A DNA stretch of 49,046 nt from a virus (lineage: Duplodnaviria > Caudoviricetes), in the IMG/VR virus record IMGVR_UViG_3300049170_000121, positions 1 through 49,046 of that record; one strand, 5' to 3'. Of the stretch, positions 1-7,457 are shown in pieces; position 1 is the first letter of the stretch, and every line of letters begins with the position of its first letter. Under the pieces are notes generated by a model that was not told the origin of the DNA, did no database searches, and saw only the letters and a program-made list of their open reading frames with translations. Both the position numbers and the translations under genes were made by a program.

Positions 1-594
1 ATGCCCCGCTTACCTTTGCTGTCGCTCACGCTGCCTGTCGCCCTTCTTGCGGGGGCTTGCGATAGGGAAACCGCCGGGGAGGCGCAACAGCAGGAAAACT
101 CCGCCGCGGCAAAGGCCGACGCGAGCGCGGAAGAACTCACCGGCACGCTCGACCGCAGCCATGCCGGAGAGCCGATCCCGGCCGTCACCGTCACCGACCC
201 ATCCGGCGCCAGCCTTGTGCTTGCCGAAACGCGGGGCAAGCCGGTCCTGCTCAACTTGTGGGCGACCTGGTGCGCACCGTGCGTGACCGAGATGCCGCTA
301 CTCGACCGGCTCGCCGCCGATCTCGGCGACGAGGTCCGCGTGCTGACCGTGAGCGAGGACATGAAGGGCGCGGAACTCGTCGCGCCGTTCTTCGCCGAGC
401 GCGATCTCCCCAACCTGCCGCAATGGATGGACCCGAAGAACGATCTCGCCTTCGCGTTCGATGGCGGTGCGAGCCTGCCGCTGACTGTGCTATATGATGC
501 GGAGGGCAAGGAAGTGTGGCGGGTGCTCGGCGGCTACGACTGGTCGAGCGCGGAAGCGCGCACGCTGATCGAGGAGGCTTTGCCGGCCACATGA
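1..594 (+). CDS. TlpA-family thiol:disulfide oxidoreductase lipoprotein (host)
   Basis: Lipobox LAGAC; LLNLWATWCAPC thioredoxin motif; LPLTVLYD cis-Pro region. Confidence 0.9.
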   Translation: MPRLPLLSLTLPVALLAGACDRETAGEAQQQENSAAAKADASAEELTGTLDRSHAGEPIPAVTVTDPSGASLVLAETRGKPVLLNLWATWCAPCVTEMPLLDRLAADLGDEVRVLTVSEDMKGAELVAPFFAERDLPNLPQWMDPKNDLAFAFDGGASLPLTVLYDAEGKEVWRVLGGYDWSSAEARTLIEEALPAT

Positions 595-1382
595 CCGAAG
601 CCGCGTCCCAGTTCGCCCGCGATCTTGCCGCCTCGCGCGGACGGCGCCAGGCGCTGGGTCTGCTGGGCACGGCGATCGGCGGCACGTTCCTGGCGGCGTG
701 CGGCAGCCGGGCCAACGGCCAGGGAGCGGCGCGATGCCTCGCCACGCCGGCTGAGACTGCCGGCCCCTTCCCCGGGGACGGAACGCAAAGGCGCGGCGGC
801 ATCAACGTGCTCGACAAGGACGGCGTCCTCCGCAGCGACATCCGCAGCAGCTTCGCCGGGCTGGAGGGCACGGCCGAGGGCGTGCCGCTCGACCTGGAGA
901 TCGCGCTTGTCGGCACCGCCGGGGGCTGTGCACCGCTGGCCGGCTGGGCGGTCTACTTGTGGCAGAACGACGCGCGCGGCGAGTACTCGCTCTACACCCT
1001 GCCCGAAGCGAACTACTTGCGCGGCCTGCAGCAAAGCGGCGACGACGGCACGCTCCGCTTCCGCACGATCGTGCCGGGCTGCTACGGCGGGCGCTATCCG
1101 CACATCCATTTCGAAGTGTTCTCCAGCGCCGAGGCGGCGATCAGCGGCGAACCCGGCCTGCTGGTCTCGCAATTCGCGCTGCCGGCGGCGGAGTGCCGCG
1201 CGGTCTATGCCGCGGACGAGCGATACGGCGACAGCCTGGCCAATCTCGGGCGCTTGCCGGTCACCCGCGACTTCGTGTTCCGCGATGCGAGCGAGGAAGT
1301 CCTGGCCCTGCAGACGATCGCGCTCGCGGGAGACGGGAACGCCGGCTTCCGCGGCAATGCGACGGTGGGCCTGGCTCACTAA
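591..1382 (+). CDS. Intradiol ring-cleavage dioxygenase-like protein (host)
   Basis: ETAGPFP, VYLWQNDARGEYS, LRGLQ, TIVPGCYGGRYPHIHFEV; RR-type leader; ATG 591 overlaps the tlpA stop (ATGA). Confidence 0.85.
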   Translation: MTEAASQFARDLAASRGRRQALGLLGTAIGGTFLAACGSRANGQGAARCLATPAETAGPFPGDGTQRRGGINVLDKDGVLRSDIRSSFAGLEGTAEGVPLDLEIALVGTAGGCAPLAGWAVYLWQNDARGEYSLYTLPEANYLRGLQQSGDDGTLRFRTIVPGCYGGRYPHIHFEVFSSAEAAISGEPGLLVSQFALPAAECRAVYAADERYGDSLANLGRLPVTRDFVFRDASEEVLALQTIALAGDGNAGFRGNATVGLAH

Positions 1383-1494
1383 GGGTGATCGGCCGCCTTG
1401 GACGGACTGCGTGCGTTACGGCAACTCGGCCTCGCCATGACAAAGCGCTCCAAGGTCACAATCACCCTGCAAGCGACCCAAAGCTCTTCTTTTC

Positions 1495-1651
1495 GGCGCC
1501 CCCGCGCAGGCGGCGGCCCAGATACGCTCTCCGCTGGTACCTCCGCCTGCCAGTCGCGCGTGTCCGCTCCGGCTCCGGCTCCGGCTCCGGGTCCGGCGCC
1601 ACCGCTCAAGGGCGGAGATGACGGATGCGCGCCTGCCTTCGCAGGGGCGAC
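1495..1651. repeat. REP-like imperfect inverted repeat enclosing (GCTCCG)x4
   Basis: GGCGCCCCCGCGCAGGCGG at ~1495 versus CCTGCCTTCGCAGGGGCGAC ending 1651; inner CTCCGCC(1541)/GGCGGAG(1611). Confidence 0.5.
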
Positions 1652-1759
1652 GAGCTTTTGCGTTCTGTTTGGATCGCCCGGCGTGATCGAACTTCAGCCC
1701 GACACTGCAGCCGACGAAGCGCTACCCAGCGGGTTGATCACGATGGGCGGCCGGGCGTG

Positions 1760-1802
1760 GTGGGCGGTGACGGGCTCGAACCGCCGACCCTCTCGGTGTA
1801 AA
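1760..1802. repeat. att core, left copy (displaced 3' half of tRNA-Val; CCA at 1758-1760 on minus strand)
   Basis: GTGGGCGGTGACGGGCTCGAACCGCCGACCCTCTCGGTGTAAA identical to 48410-48452. Confidence 0.97.
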
Positions 1803-1865
1803 GGGAAGGCAGGCGTTCTAAACGGCGGAAACCCGTCACCTTGCAGAAGAATGGAAGGCGAACTT

Positions 1866-2210
1866 ATGGCGAACGTAACGGAATTTGCTGACCAGATGCT
1901 GTCCACCTCTGCGGAACTGGAGCAGCTTTTGCGCTCGCTTCTGCGAGGCAAACACTCGTCGTTGTCGCTGAGCTTCAACGAAGGCAACGGGCCTAACTAC
2001 CAGACCGTCGCCGAAGAGGATGAAGACGGCAGCGGCCACGGCGATTGGATCAGCGAGGCAGAGCGCGAAAAGGGAATACGCGAGAACTCCAAGTGGGTTC
2101 TGCAATGGTATCCCGAAACGCCTGTCGGCTTCTGCGCACTGGCGGCATCATCGCTTCCAGCATTGATCGAGGCTGTTCGCGATCACCTAAAGGAGAACCC
2201 CGATGGATGA
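1866..2210 (+). CDS. Hypothetical phage protein
   Basis: 3' part of ORF 1398-2210 lying inside the att boundary; ATG at 1866 (alternative 1851); overlaps next gene. Confidence 0.65.
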   Translation: MANVTEFADQMLSTSAELEQLLRSLLRGKHSSLSLSFNEGNGPNYQTVAEEDEDGSGHGDWISEAEREKGIRENSKWVLQWYPETPVGFCALAASSLPALIEAVRDHLKENPDG

Positions 2211-2418
2211 GGTAGAGAACGAGCGAGCGGCGGTGGTCGCTTGGCTGCGGAAGGACGTAAGCATGGAAGCCGTGCGCATGATGTTGGCGGCGGGACTTCC
2301 CGGCGGCACCCGAACGCAGCGAACCAAGGCTGCTGCCTTCGCGGAAGGTTTGGCACACGGCGCGAAGTCGATTGCTGATGCTATCGAGCGCGGCGATCAC
2401 AGGGAGAAGCAGCGATGA
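2203..2418 (+). CDS. Hypothetical phage protein
   Basis: AAGGAG SD; ERAAVVAWLR...ADAIERGDH pattern typical of small phage proteins. Confidence 0.7.
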   Translation: MDEVENERAAVVAWLRKDVSMEAVRMMLAAGLPGGTRTQRTKAAAFAEGLAHGAKSIADAIERGDHREKQR

Positions 2419-2482
2419 CCGCAGTTATAGCAACATCCTGCTATAACTGGTTAAACTCCGTTTAGGCTGGGGAGAAGCAACG

Positions 2483-2734
2483 ATGACCGAGTGGCGGGAT
2501 ATTGAGACAGCGCCGAAGGATGAACTGATCCTGCTGTATGACAACGGGGCGATGCGCTTGGCGTTCTGGGAGGGCGGCAAATGGACCCAGCCAGCAGTGC
2601 CCGTCCTGCAAAACCAATTTGGCGACTACCTCGGCGCTGGCGACATCGGCAGGCCTGAATTGAAGCTGGTGCTTTCAGATTGTCTCTATGCGCCCAGCCA
2701 CTGGATGCCCTTACCGGAGGCCCCTACTCAGTAA
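2483..2734 (+). CDS. DUF551-like phage protein
   Basis: WRDIETAPKD...PSHWMPLPEAP signature. Confidence 0.8.
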   Translation: MTEWRDIETAPKDELILLYDNGAMRLAFWEGGKWTQPAVPVLQNQFGDYLGAGDIGRPELKLVLSDCLYAPSHWMPLPEAPTQ

Positions 2735-2966
2735 CCCCCTCGGCCCAATCCCCGAGCCACGCCAGCTTCCCGTTCGCAGCCCGCAGCGCCGTCACAAGGT
2801 CGATCAAGTAGCCGGCGACATCCGCATCCGTGCTGCCCTCGGGCACCTTCGGTTCTAACACAGGTTGGAACCGTTCAGCCGGGGGAACACTGATCTCCAC
2901 GCTCTTGGGCGCGCAGGCAGTCGAGGACGCGGCTAACGCTAGGGCCAGCAGGCAGGTTCGTTTCAT
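2724..2966 (-). CDS. o-spanin (Rz1-like lipoprotein)
   Basis: MKRTCLLALALAASSTAC lipoprotein signal, Pro-rich, overlaps the 3' end of the i-spanin at the end of the lysis cassette. Confidence 0.7.
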   Translation of the reverse strand: MKRTCLLALALAASSTACAPKSVEISVPPAERFQPVLEPKVPEGSTDADVAGYLIDLVTALRAANGKLAWLGDWAEGVTE

Positions 2967-3246
2967 CGGGGGTGTCCTTGATTGCATCCTCGCGGGCTTG
3001 CACCAGCTCCTCGGTCTGACGGTCGCGCACCACGCGGCGCTGTTCGTCGTTGCGGTTGGCGGTGCGTTCGCTCTCTAGGACGCGCTCCGTCACCTTGGCG
3101 CGGGTGTCCGCCCGATCCTGGCGCACGGCTTCCTCGCGGGTGTGGTCGAGATATATCAAAAATGAGATAATCGCGGCGGCACAGGCGAGGCTGTACCACA
3201 CCCACGCGGGGGCTGAACGGATGGCGGCCCACAGTGGAATAAGCAT
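2875..3246 (-). CDS. i-spanin (Rz-like)
   Basis: N-terminal TM helix followed by a charged coiled coil; position in lysis cassette. Confidence 0.7.
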   Translation of the reverse strand: MLIPLWAAIRSAPAWVWYSLACAAAIISFLIYLDHTREEAVRQDRADTRAKVTERVLESERTANRNDEQRRVVRDRQTEELVQAREDAIKDTPDETNLPAGPSVSRVLDCLRAQERGDQCSPG

Positions 3247-3298
3247 TGCGGGAATCTCCGAAATATGTTAGCGCGGGCATGTCGCTAGGGAGGGCCGA

Positions 3299-3562
3299 AT
3301 GAGCAGAACCCCGTACATTATCTTAGCCGCACTCGCACTGGCGGGTTGCGCAGATGAGCCGCAGGAGCCGCGCAAGGTGACGGTCTACTACACCAACGCC
3401 GAGGGCAATCCGCGTACAGCGGTAATGGAGCGCATCCCGCGCGGCATGTTCTACGTCTGCAAGGGCGGCACCCGCAGCAAGGAGCCGTGCGCGGAGCCGG
3501 CGGGCGGCATCGTGAACACATCCGAGATGGTACCGTTTCCGCCTTGGCGTGAAACGAACTAA
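3299..3562 (+). CDS. Small lipoprotein (moron-like)
   Basis: MSRTPYIILAALALAGC lipobox, GGAGG SD, opposite strand to lysis genes. Confidence 0.7.
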   Translation: MSRTPYIILAALALAGCADEPQEPRKVTVYYTNAEGNPRTAVMERIPRGMFYVCKGGTRSKEPCAEPAGGIVNTSEMVPFPPWRETN

Positions 3563-3741
3563 ACGAACTCCTCACCGCAATCGGGGCATGACCAGCGGGT
3601 TTCTGACTTACCGCCCCCGAGCCGGTGAATATGCGGTGACAGATATTGCCGGGTGCCGGATGCGTCGGAACATATACCGCACCAGGGTTGATCGAGTTGC
3701 GCCTTGGCAGCCTTGAACGCGGCGAACGAGACGACGGTCAT
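3559..3741 (-). CDS. Small zinc-ribbon protein
   Basis: CGIC...CPDC; ATGA coupling with upstream gene. Confidence 0.6.
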   Translation of the reverse strand: MTVVSFAAFKAAKAQLDQPWCGICSDASGTRQYLSPHIHRLGGGKSETRWSCPDCGEEFV

Positions 3742-4055
3742 TCCTTCACCTCATTCGCCCGGCTTTGCGCGGCGTCGGCCACGGTTTGTGCGGCATCGCT
3801 TTGGTCGGTGATCTCCAGCCCGTCCCTGCCTACCTTGTAGGATCGTTTGACCAATAGCGCGCCAAGTCCGCTAATCACAGCAAACACCTGCACATGGGCG
3901 CAAAGGGCTAAATAGAAGGCGTGGTCGGGCTGGTTGCGGGTGAGATAAACACCGACCCCCGCAAAGCCGGTAAAGACGAGCGCTGCGCCCCAGAGGGCCA
4001 CTAGCGACCACGCGCGCCGACCGTCAGGGGTCGTTATCGTTGGGATGATTGGCAC
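3738..4055 (-). CDS. Putative holin (2 TM)
   Basis: Two hydrophobic helices, charged C-terminus, between endolysin and spanins. Confidence 0.55.
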   Translation of the reverse strand: MPIIPTITTPDGRRAWSLVALWGAALVFTGFAGVGVYLTRNQPDHAFYLALCAHVQVFAVISGLGALLVKRSYKVGRDGLEITDQSDAAQTVADAAQSRANEVKE

Positions 4056-4719
4056 AGCGCATCTCCTGCATGAAGTCTAAGGGGTCCTTCGCCCCCTTGC
4101 GGAGATTGCATCCGGGGCACGCAACAGTCAGGTTGCTGAGTGCGTGCCAGCCCCCGAGGGCGAGCGGGACGAAGTGATCAATGTGGTATTCGCTGGCGCA
4201 GTCGCCGTCACAATAGAAACAGGTGCGGGGCTGCGCATCGAGCCATGCTAGATACTCATCGAGTGGAATGTAGCCCTGCGCACGGCGCGCCCGCTGACGC
4301 TCTGCATGTCTGACACGATATTCTAGACGCGACTTGTGCAGCCTCGCCGTTTCTTTCTGGCGCTCGGGGTTGTTGGCGCGCCATCGCTTAGTCGCCTCGT
4401 CGTGACGATCCTTATTCCGCTCCCGCCAGAGGCGACTGGTTTCTGCCCGCTGTTCCGCGTTGTTCTCCCGCCACCGCCGCGTTGCCGCATCCTGAACATG
4501 TTGGTTGCTCGCCCGCCAGCGATGCTTACGCGAAGATTCTTTTTCAGGGTTTTCAGTACGCCAGCGCAAATTCTCGCTAGAGGCGCATTCGCGACAGCGG
4601 CTCTGCAGGCCATCTTTTGCCGCAGTCGCCTTATTGAAGGCCGTCAGGGGGCGCTGCTCACAGCAAAGGGAGCACCGCTTGCGGTGGGATGATGTTGCGG
4701 GTAAATCTGTGGTAGCCAT
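4024..4719 (-). CDS. HNH homing endonuclease
   Basis: CSLC/CREC N-terminus, WR..N repeats, CFYC...HIDHFVPLALGGWHALSNLTVACPGCN. Confidence 0.9.
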   Translation of the reverse strand: MATTDLPATSSHRKRCSLCCEQRPLTAFNKATAAKDGLQSRCRECASSENLRWRTENPEKESSRKHRWRASNQHVQDAATRRWRENNAEQRAETSRLWRERNKDRHDEATKRWRANNPERQKETARLHKSRLEYRVRHAERQRARRAQGYIPLDEYLAWLDAQPRTCFYCDGDCASEYHIDHFVPLALGGWHALSNLTVACPGCNLRKGAKDPLDFMQEMRCANHPNDNDP

Positions 4720-4819
4720 GCGATGCTAATCCCATCGTTGCGGTCAGGGTCGGAACGGGTCTAGACCACCCGTTTCGGCCCGCTTGTTCTACCACTGTTC
4801 TCCCTGGTCAGCAAGTTGG

Positions 4820-5143
4820 CTAGAGAGGATGATCCCCCGGCCATCCGTGGGCTGCATGGGAAATTTCGTGGCAGAGGATGCGGGCCGTCTCGTCGATCTC
4901 GCCGCGCAGGCATGGGTCCGGCAGCACAACAAGCGTTCGGCCCAGCCAGTCGGTTTTCGCGCAGCCCTTCAGCTCCAGCCTTTTCGGCACATCGGTCCCG
5001 CAGGTGCCGACGAGCTGGTCAGGGCGGACCACTTGAACCGTCACCGTCGCCGGCCCGCGCAATCGTTCTGGCGGCATCCCCGCATAGTAGGGGGTGCCGG
5101 GACCGGTCAGCAGAGCGGCGACGGCGAAGAAGCAGGATTTCAC
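4820..5143 (-). CDS. Hypothetical exported protein with HExxH motif
   Basis: GTG start after GAGG; hydrophobic N-terminus; LCHEISHAAHGW. Confidence 0.55.
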   Translation of the reverse strand: MKSCFFAVAALLTGPGTPYYAGMPPERLRGPATVTVQVVRPDQLVGTCGTDVPKRLELKGCAKTDWLGRTLVVLPDPCLRGEIDETARILCHEISHAAHGWPGDHPL

Positions 5144-5150
5144 ATCCGCC

Positions 5151-5675
5151 TCACCGCCTTGGGATGCCAAGGAACAGTGCCCGCTCCGCTTCGCGTCTCC
5201 TTGCTAGGCCGCGCATGTGCTTGCCGTTGGCATAGGTCCACCTCAAGAATTCGTCAGCAGCCCCAGCTACGTTCCCATCCCTGAATTTTCTTAGAAGGGT
5301 GGATTCCTCAAGACGGCCTTCTCCAAGATTATACGCAAAGCTCACTAGGGCGCTTTTCTCGCGGGGCTTGATCGGCACGCCGTCAACCAGCTTGTCCACG
5401 GCAGGCCCGAACCGCTCGGTTAGATCAGACAGGAGCCGCGCGTTGCATTGCGCTTGCGTCCAGACGATGCCCTTCGACACATCGGGGCCGGTCGAGCCGT
5501 AGCCGATGGTCCACGGTTTCGCGCCGGTTGCTGGATCGGGGTATGCCTGCACCAGCCCATCGGGCAGCACCTTGTGGCATCCTTCAAATTCTCGGATGAT
5601 CTTGTCGGCCTTGACCAACCAGCCATCGACAGGCGAGTCTTTCCCAAGGCCGCAAAACGCTTCCCTAATGCCCAT
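5151..5675 (-). CDS. Endolysin, GH24 lysozyme
   Basis: FEGC...AYPD...WTIGYGST catalytic region; ALVSFAYNLG; GLARRREAERALFL. Confidence 0.93.
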   Translation of the reverse strand: MGIREAFCGLGKDSPVDGWLVKADKIIREFEGCHKVLPDGLVQAYPDPATGAKPWTIGYGSTGPDVSKGIVWTQAQCNARLLSDLTERFGPAVDKLVDGVPIKPREKSALVSFAYNLGEGRLEESTLLRKFRDGNVAGAADEFLRWTYANGKHMRGLARRREAERALFLGIPRR

Positions 5676-5700
5676 AGGACTTCTCCGATGATGTGGGGGG

Positions 5701-5934
5701 TTAGTCTTCTTGTGGAAGCAGCACGCTCCGCAGGTGGCAGAGCGTAAGGAACTGGCTGCGGATCATCGCCTCGGCTGCCCGCACGATCACCCGGTCTTCC
5801 CCGCCTAGCCGCAGGTGCAGTTCATAGAGCTGCTTTTGCAGGGCTATGGGGTCGGGTTTGCGGTCGGCGTCCAGTTGCCGCACCGATGCCAACAGGCGGT
5901 CCTTGGTCTTGCCTTCCGGCGGCCAGTCACTCAT
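5701..5934 (-). CDS. Hypothetical protein
   Basis: Coupled ORF in late operon. Confidence 0.55.
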   Translation of the reverse strand: MSDWPPEGKTKDRLLASVRQLDADRKPDPIALQKQLYELHLRLGGEDRVIVRAAEAMIRSQFLTLCHLRSVLLPQED

Positions 5935-6070
5935 CGCCGGTCGCGTCGAGCACCGGACACGTTGCCGCCACCCGGATTGCTTCGTCGCGCTCCTCTTGCT
6001 GCTTATCCTGCCATGCGACGTAATCGGGGATGGCGTCTGCGCCTCTCCAGAAGAAGGGTGGGTTGTTCAT
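5927..6070 (-). CDS. Small hypothetical protein (47 aa, MNNPPFFWRG...)
   Basis: Read by hand; GGAGG SD and ATGA overlap with upstream stop. Confidence 0.5.
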   Translation of the reverse strand: MNNPPFFWRGADAIPDYVAWQDKQQEERDEAIRVAATCPVLDATGDE

Positions 6071-7224
6071 GCGGCCTCCAGCATCTCAAGCGTGACGTTG
6101 TTCGCGCCCGCCCATCCGTTGCGCTTGTGGTAGTGGGTTGCTGTGATCTCGCGTTCCGACCACCAGCCCCCGCGCGCTGCGTAGGCGTCCCGTGCGGCAA
6201 GGGTCGGGTGCTGCGTAACCCGCGCGCCCGTGTGGTCCTTCTCTTCCCGGTGGTGGCGGTGCCCGGTGTGGATGTAGACCTTCGGGCAGCGGCCCCACTG
6301 TTCGCGGAACTGTGCGGCGAACAGGGCTGGAAGCTGGGCGTTCTTCTGGAGGTGGCCGTGATGGAATCCCAGCAGGTTCACTCCCCACTCGATTGCGTAA
6401 TAAGGCAGTTCGCTTTCGTGGACCGCAATACGTGGCTCGTTCTCGTACAGCGCGGCGAACAGCTTGCGCAGCCACAGGGACGAGGCGAGATCGTGATTGC
6501 CTTCGCAGATGAGCAGCGTGACCTTCGGGTGCTTCGTGAGCGCCTGTGCCACTAGCTGGCGGATCAAGCGGATCGCCACGTCCACCACCTTGCCGAAGCG
6601 TCCGTCTGCGTCTAGGATATGCCCGTGCTGCGGAGTGATGGCCGACAAGCCGTCGAAGTGGAGGAAATCACCTTGTATATTTACAATGGCGCGTTCGGAG
6701 CATGGGGCGCCAGCGGTCAGCGCGGCCATTGCCTTGACCCCCATCTCCTCGGCTATCTGCAAGTCCCAATCGGCCCCACCTTCCTTGTGCCAGGCGAGCA
6801 TCCCGACGTGGTAGTCGGTGAACGTGTAGAGGGTCAGTAGATTGGCCTGTGCGGCCTCTGGGGCGACGATTGCAGCGCACGGGGTCACTTCCCCCGCCAT
6901 CGCCTCCACAGCCGTTCTGAGGGCTTCCAGCGCAGCTTCCTGATCACGGCTCGTCTTGACCCACTGCTGCTTGATGTTCCCATCCGCGTCGTAGAGCGTG
7001 GAGACGCCCTTGGCGATGTGGCCTTCCGGCGTGCGGTCGTCCACTTGCTTGCGGAGTTCTTCGGGGAAGCGTTCCTTCGCCTTCTTGATGCGGCTCTGTA
7101 GCGTCGTCCTGTTTAGGTTCAGCCTGCGCGTTGCTTCCGCAAGGCCGTATTCGCTGGCAACCCGTAGGGCCTCCAGCAGCTCATCATCAGGTGTGGGTGG
7201 CGTCGGGATAGTGGCCTCCTGCAA
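6067..7224 (-). CDS. N-terminal HTH + calcineurin-like metallophosphoesterase
   Basis: LAEATRRLNLNRTTLQSRI HTH; motifs TDYH, QGDFLH, GNHD, HHGH, TGHRHH. Confidence 0.8.
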   Translation of the reverse strand: MQEATIPTPPTPDDELLEALRVASEYGLAEATRRLNLNRTTLQSRIKKAKERFPEELRKQVDDRTPEGHIAKGVSTLYDADGNIKQQWVKTSRDQEAALEALRTAVEAMAGEVTPCAAIVAPEAAQANLLTLYTFTDYHVGMLAWHKEGGADWDLQIAEEMGVKAMAALTAGAPCSERAIVNIQGDFLHFDGLSAITPQHGHILDADGRFGKVVDVAIRLIRQLVAQALTKHPKVTLLICEGNHDLASSLWLRKLFAALYENEPRIAVHESELPYYAIEWGVNLLGFHHGHLQKNAQLPALFAAQFREQWGRCPKVYIHTGHRHHREEKDHTGARVTQHPTLAARDAYAARGGWWSEREITATHYHKRNGWAGANNVTLEMLEAA

Positions 7225-7250
7225 TGGCGACCCGAAGGCCGGGTGTTATT

Positions 7251-7457
7251 TCAGAGTATTTTCTCGGCCCACTTGGCGAGCGTTGCGCCCAAGGCACCGC
7301 CAGCCAGGCCAACACCGACAAGCAGCCCGACGCCCCGGTTCTTGAGGGCGGCGAGATCTGCCACGTCGGCGCGCATGTCGCCCTCCAGCACGTCCATCTT
7401 GCGGTCCACGCGCTCCAGGATCGCCTCGATCCGGGCCAGGCGTTCGGCGTTGGTCAT
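7251..7457 (-). CDS. Small coiled-coil + C-terminal TM protein (XhlA/holin-like)
   Basis: ERLARIE coiled coil followed by a Gly-rich TM; directly after the tailspike. Confidence 0.65.
   Translation of the reverse strand: MTNAERLARIEAILERVDRKMDVLEGDMRADVADLAALKNRGVGLLVGVGLAGGALGATLAKWAEKIL

Noticed and set aside
1566-1595. (GCTCCG)n as a phase-variable tract
   Set aside because: Intergenic, only four exact units, no supported gene or promoter under it
1758-1802. Second tRNA-Val gene
   Set aside because: Only the 3' half is present; the D-arm and 5' acceptor strand are missing
1398-1865. 5' extension of the 270-aa ORF 1398-2210
   Set aside because: Runs through the REP-like repeat and att core; a chance open frame across the host/phage junction
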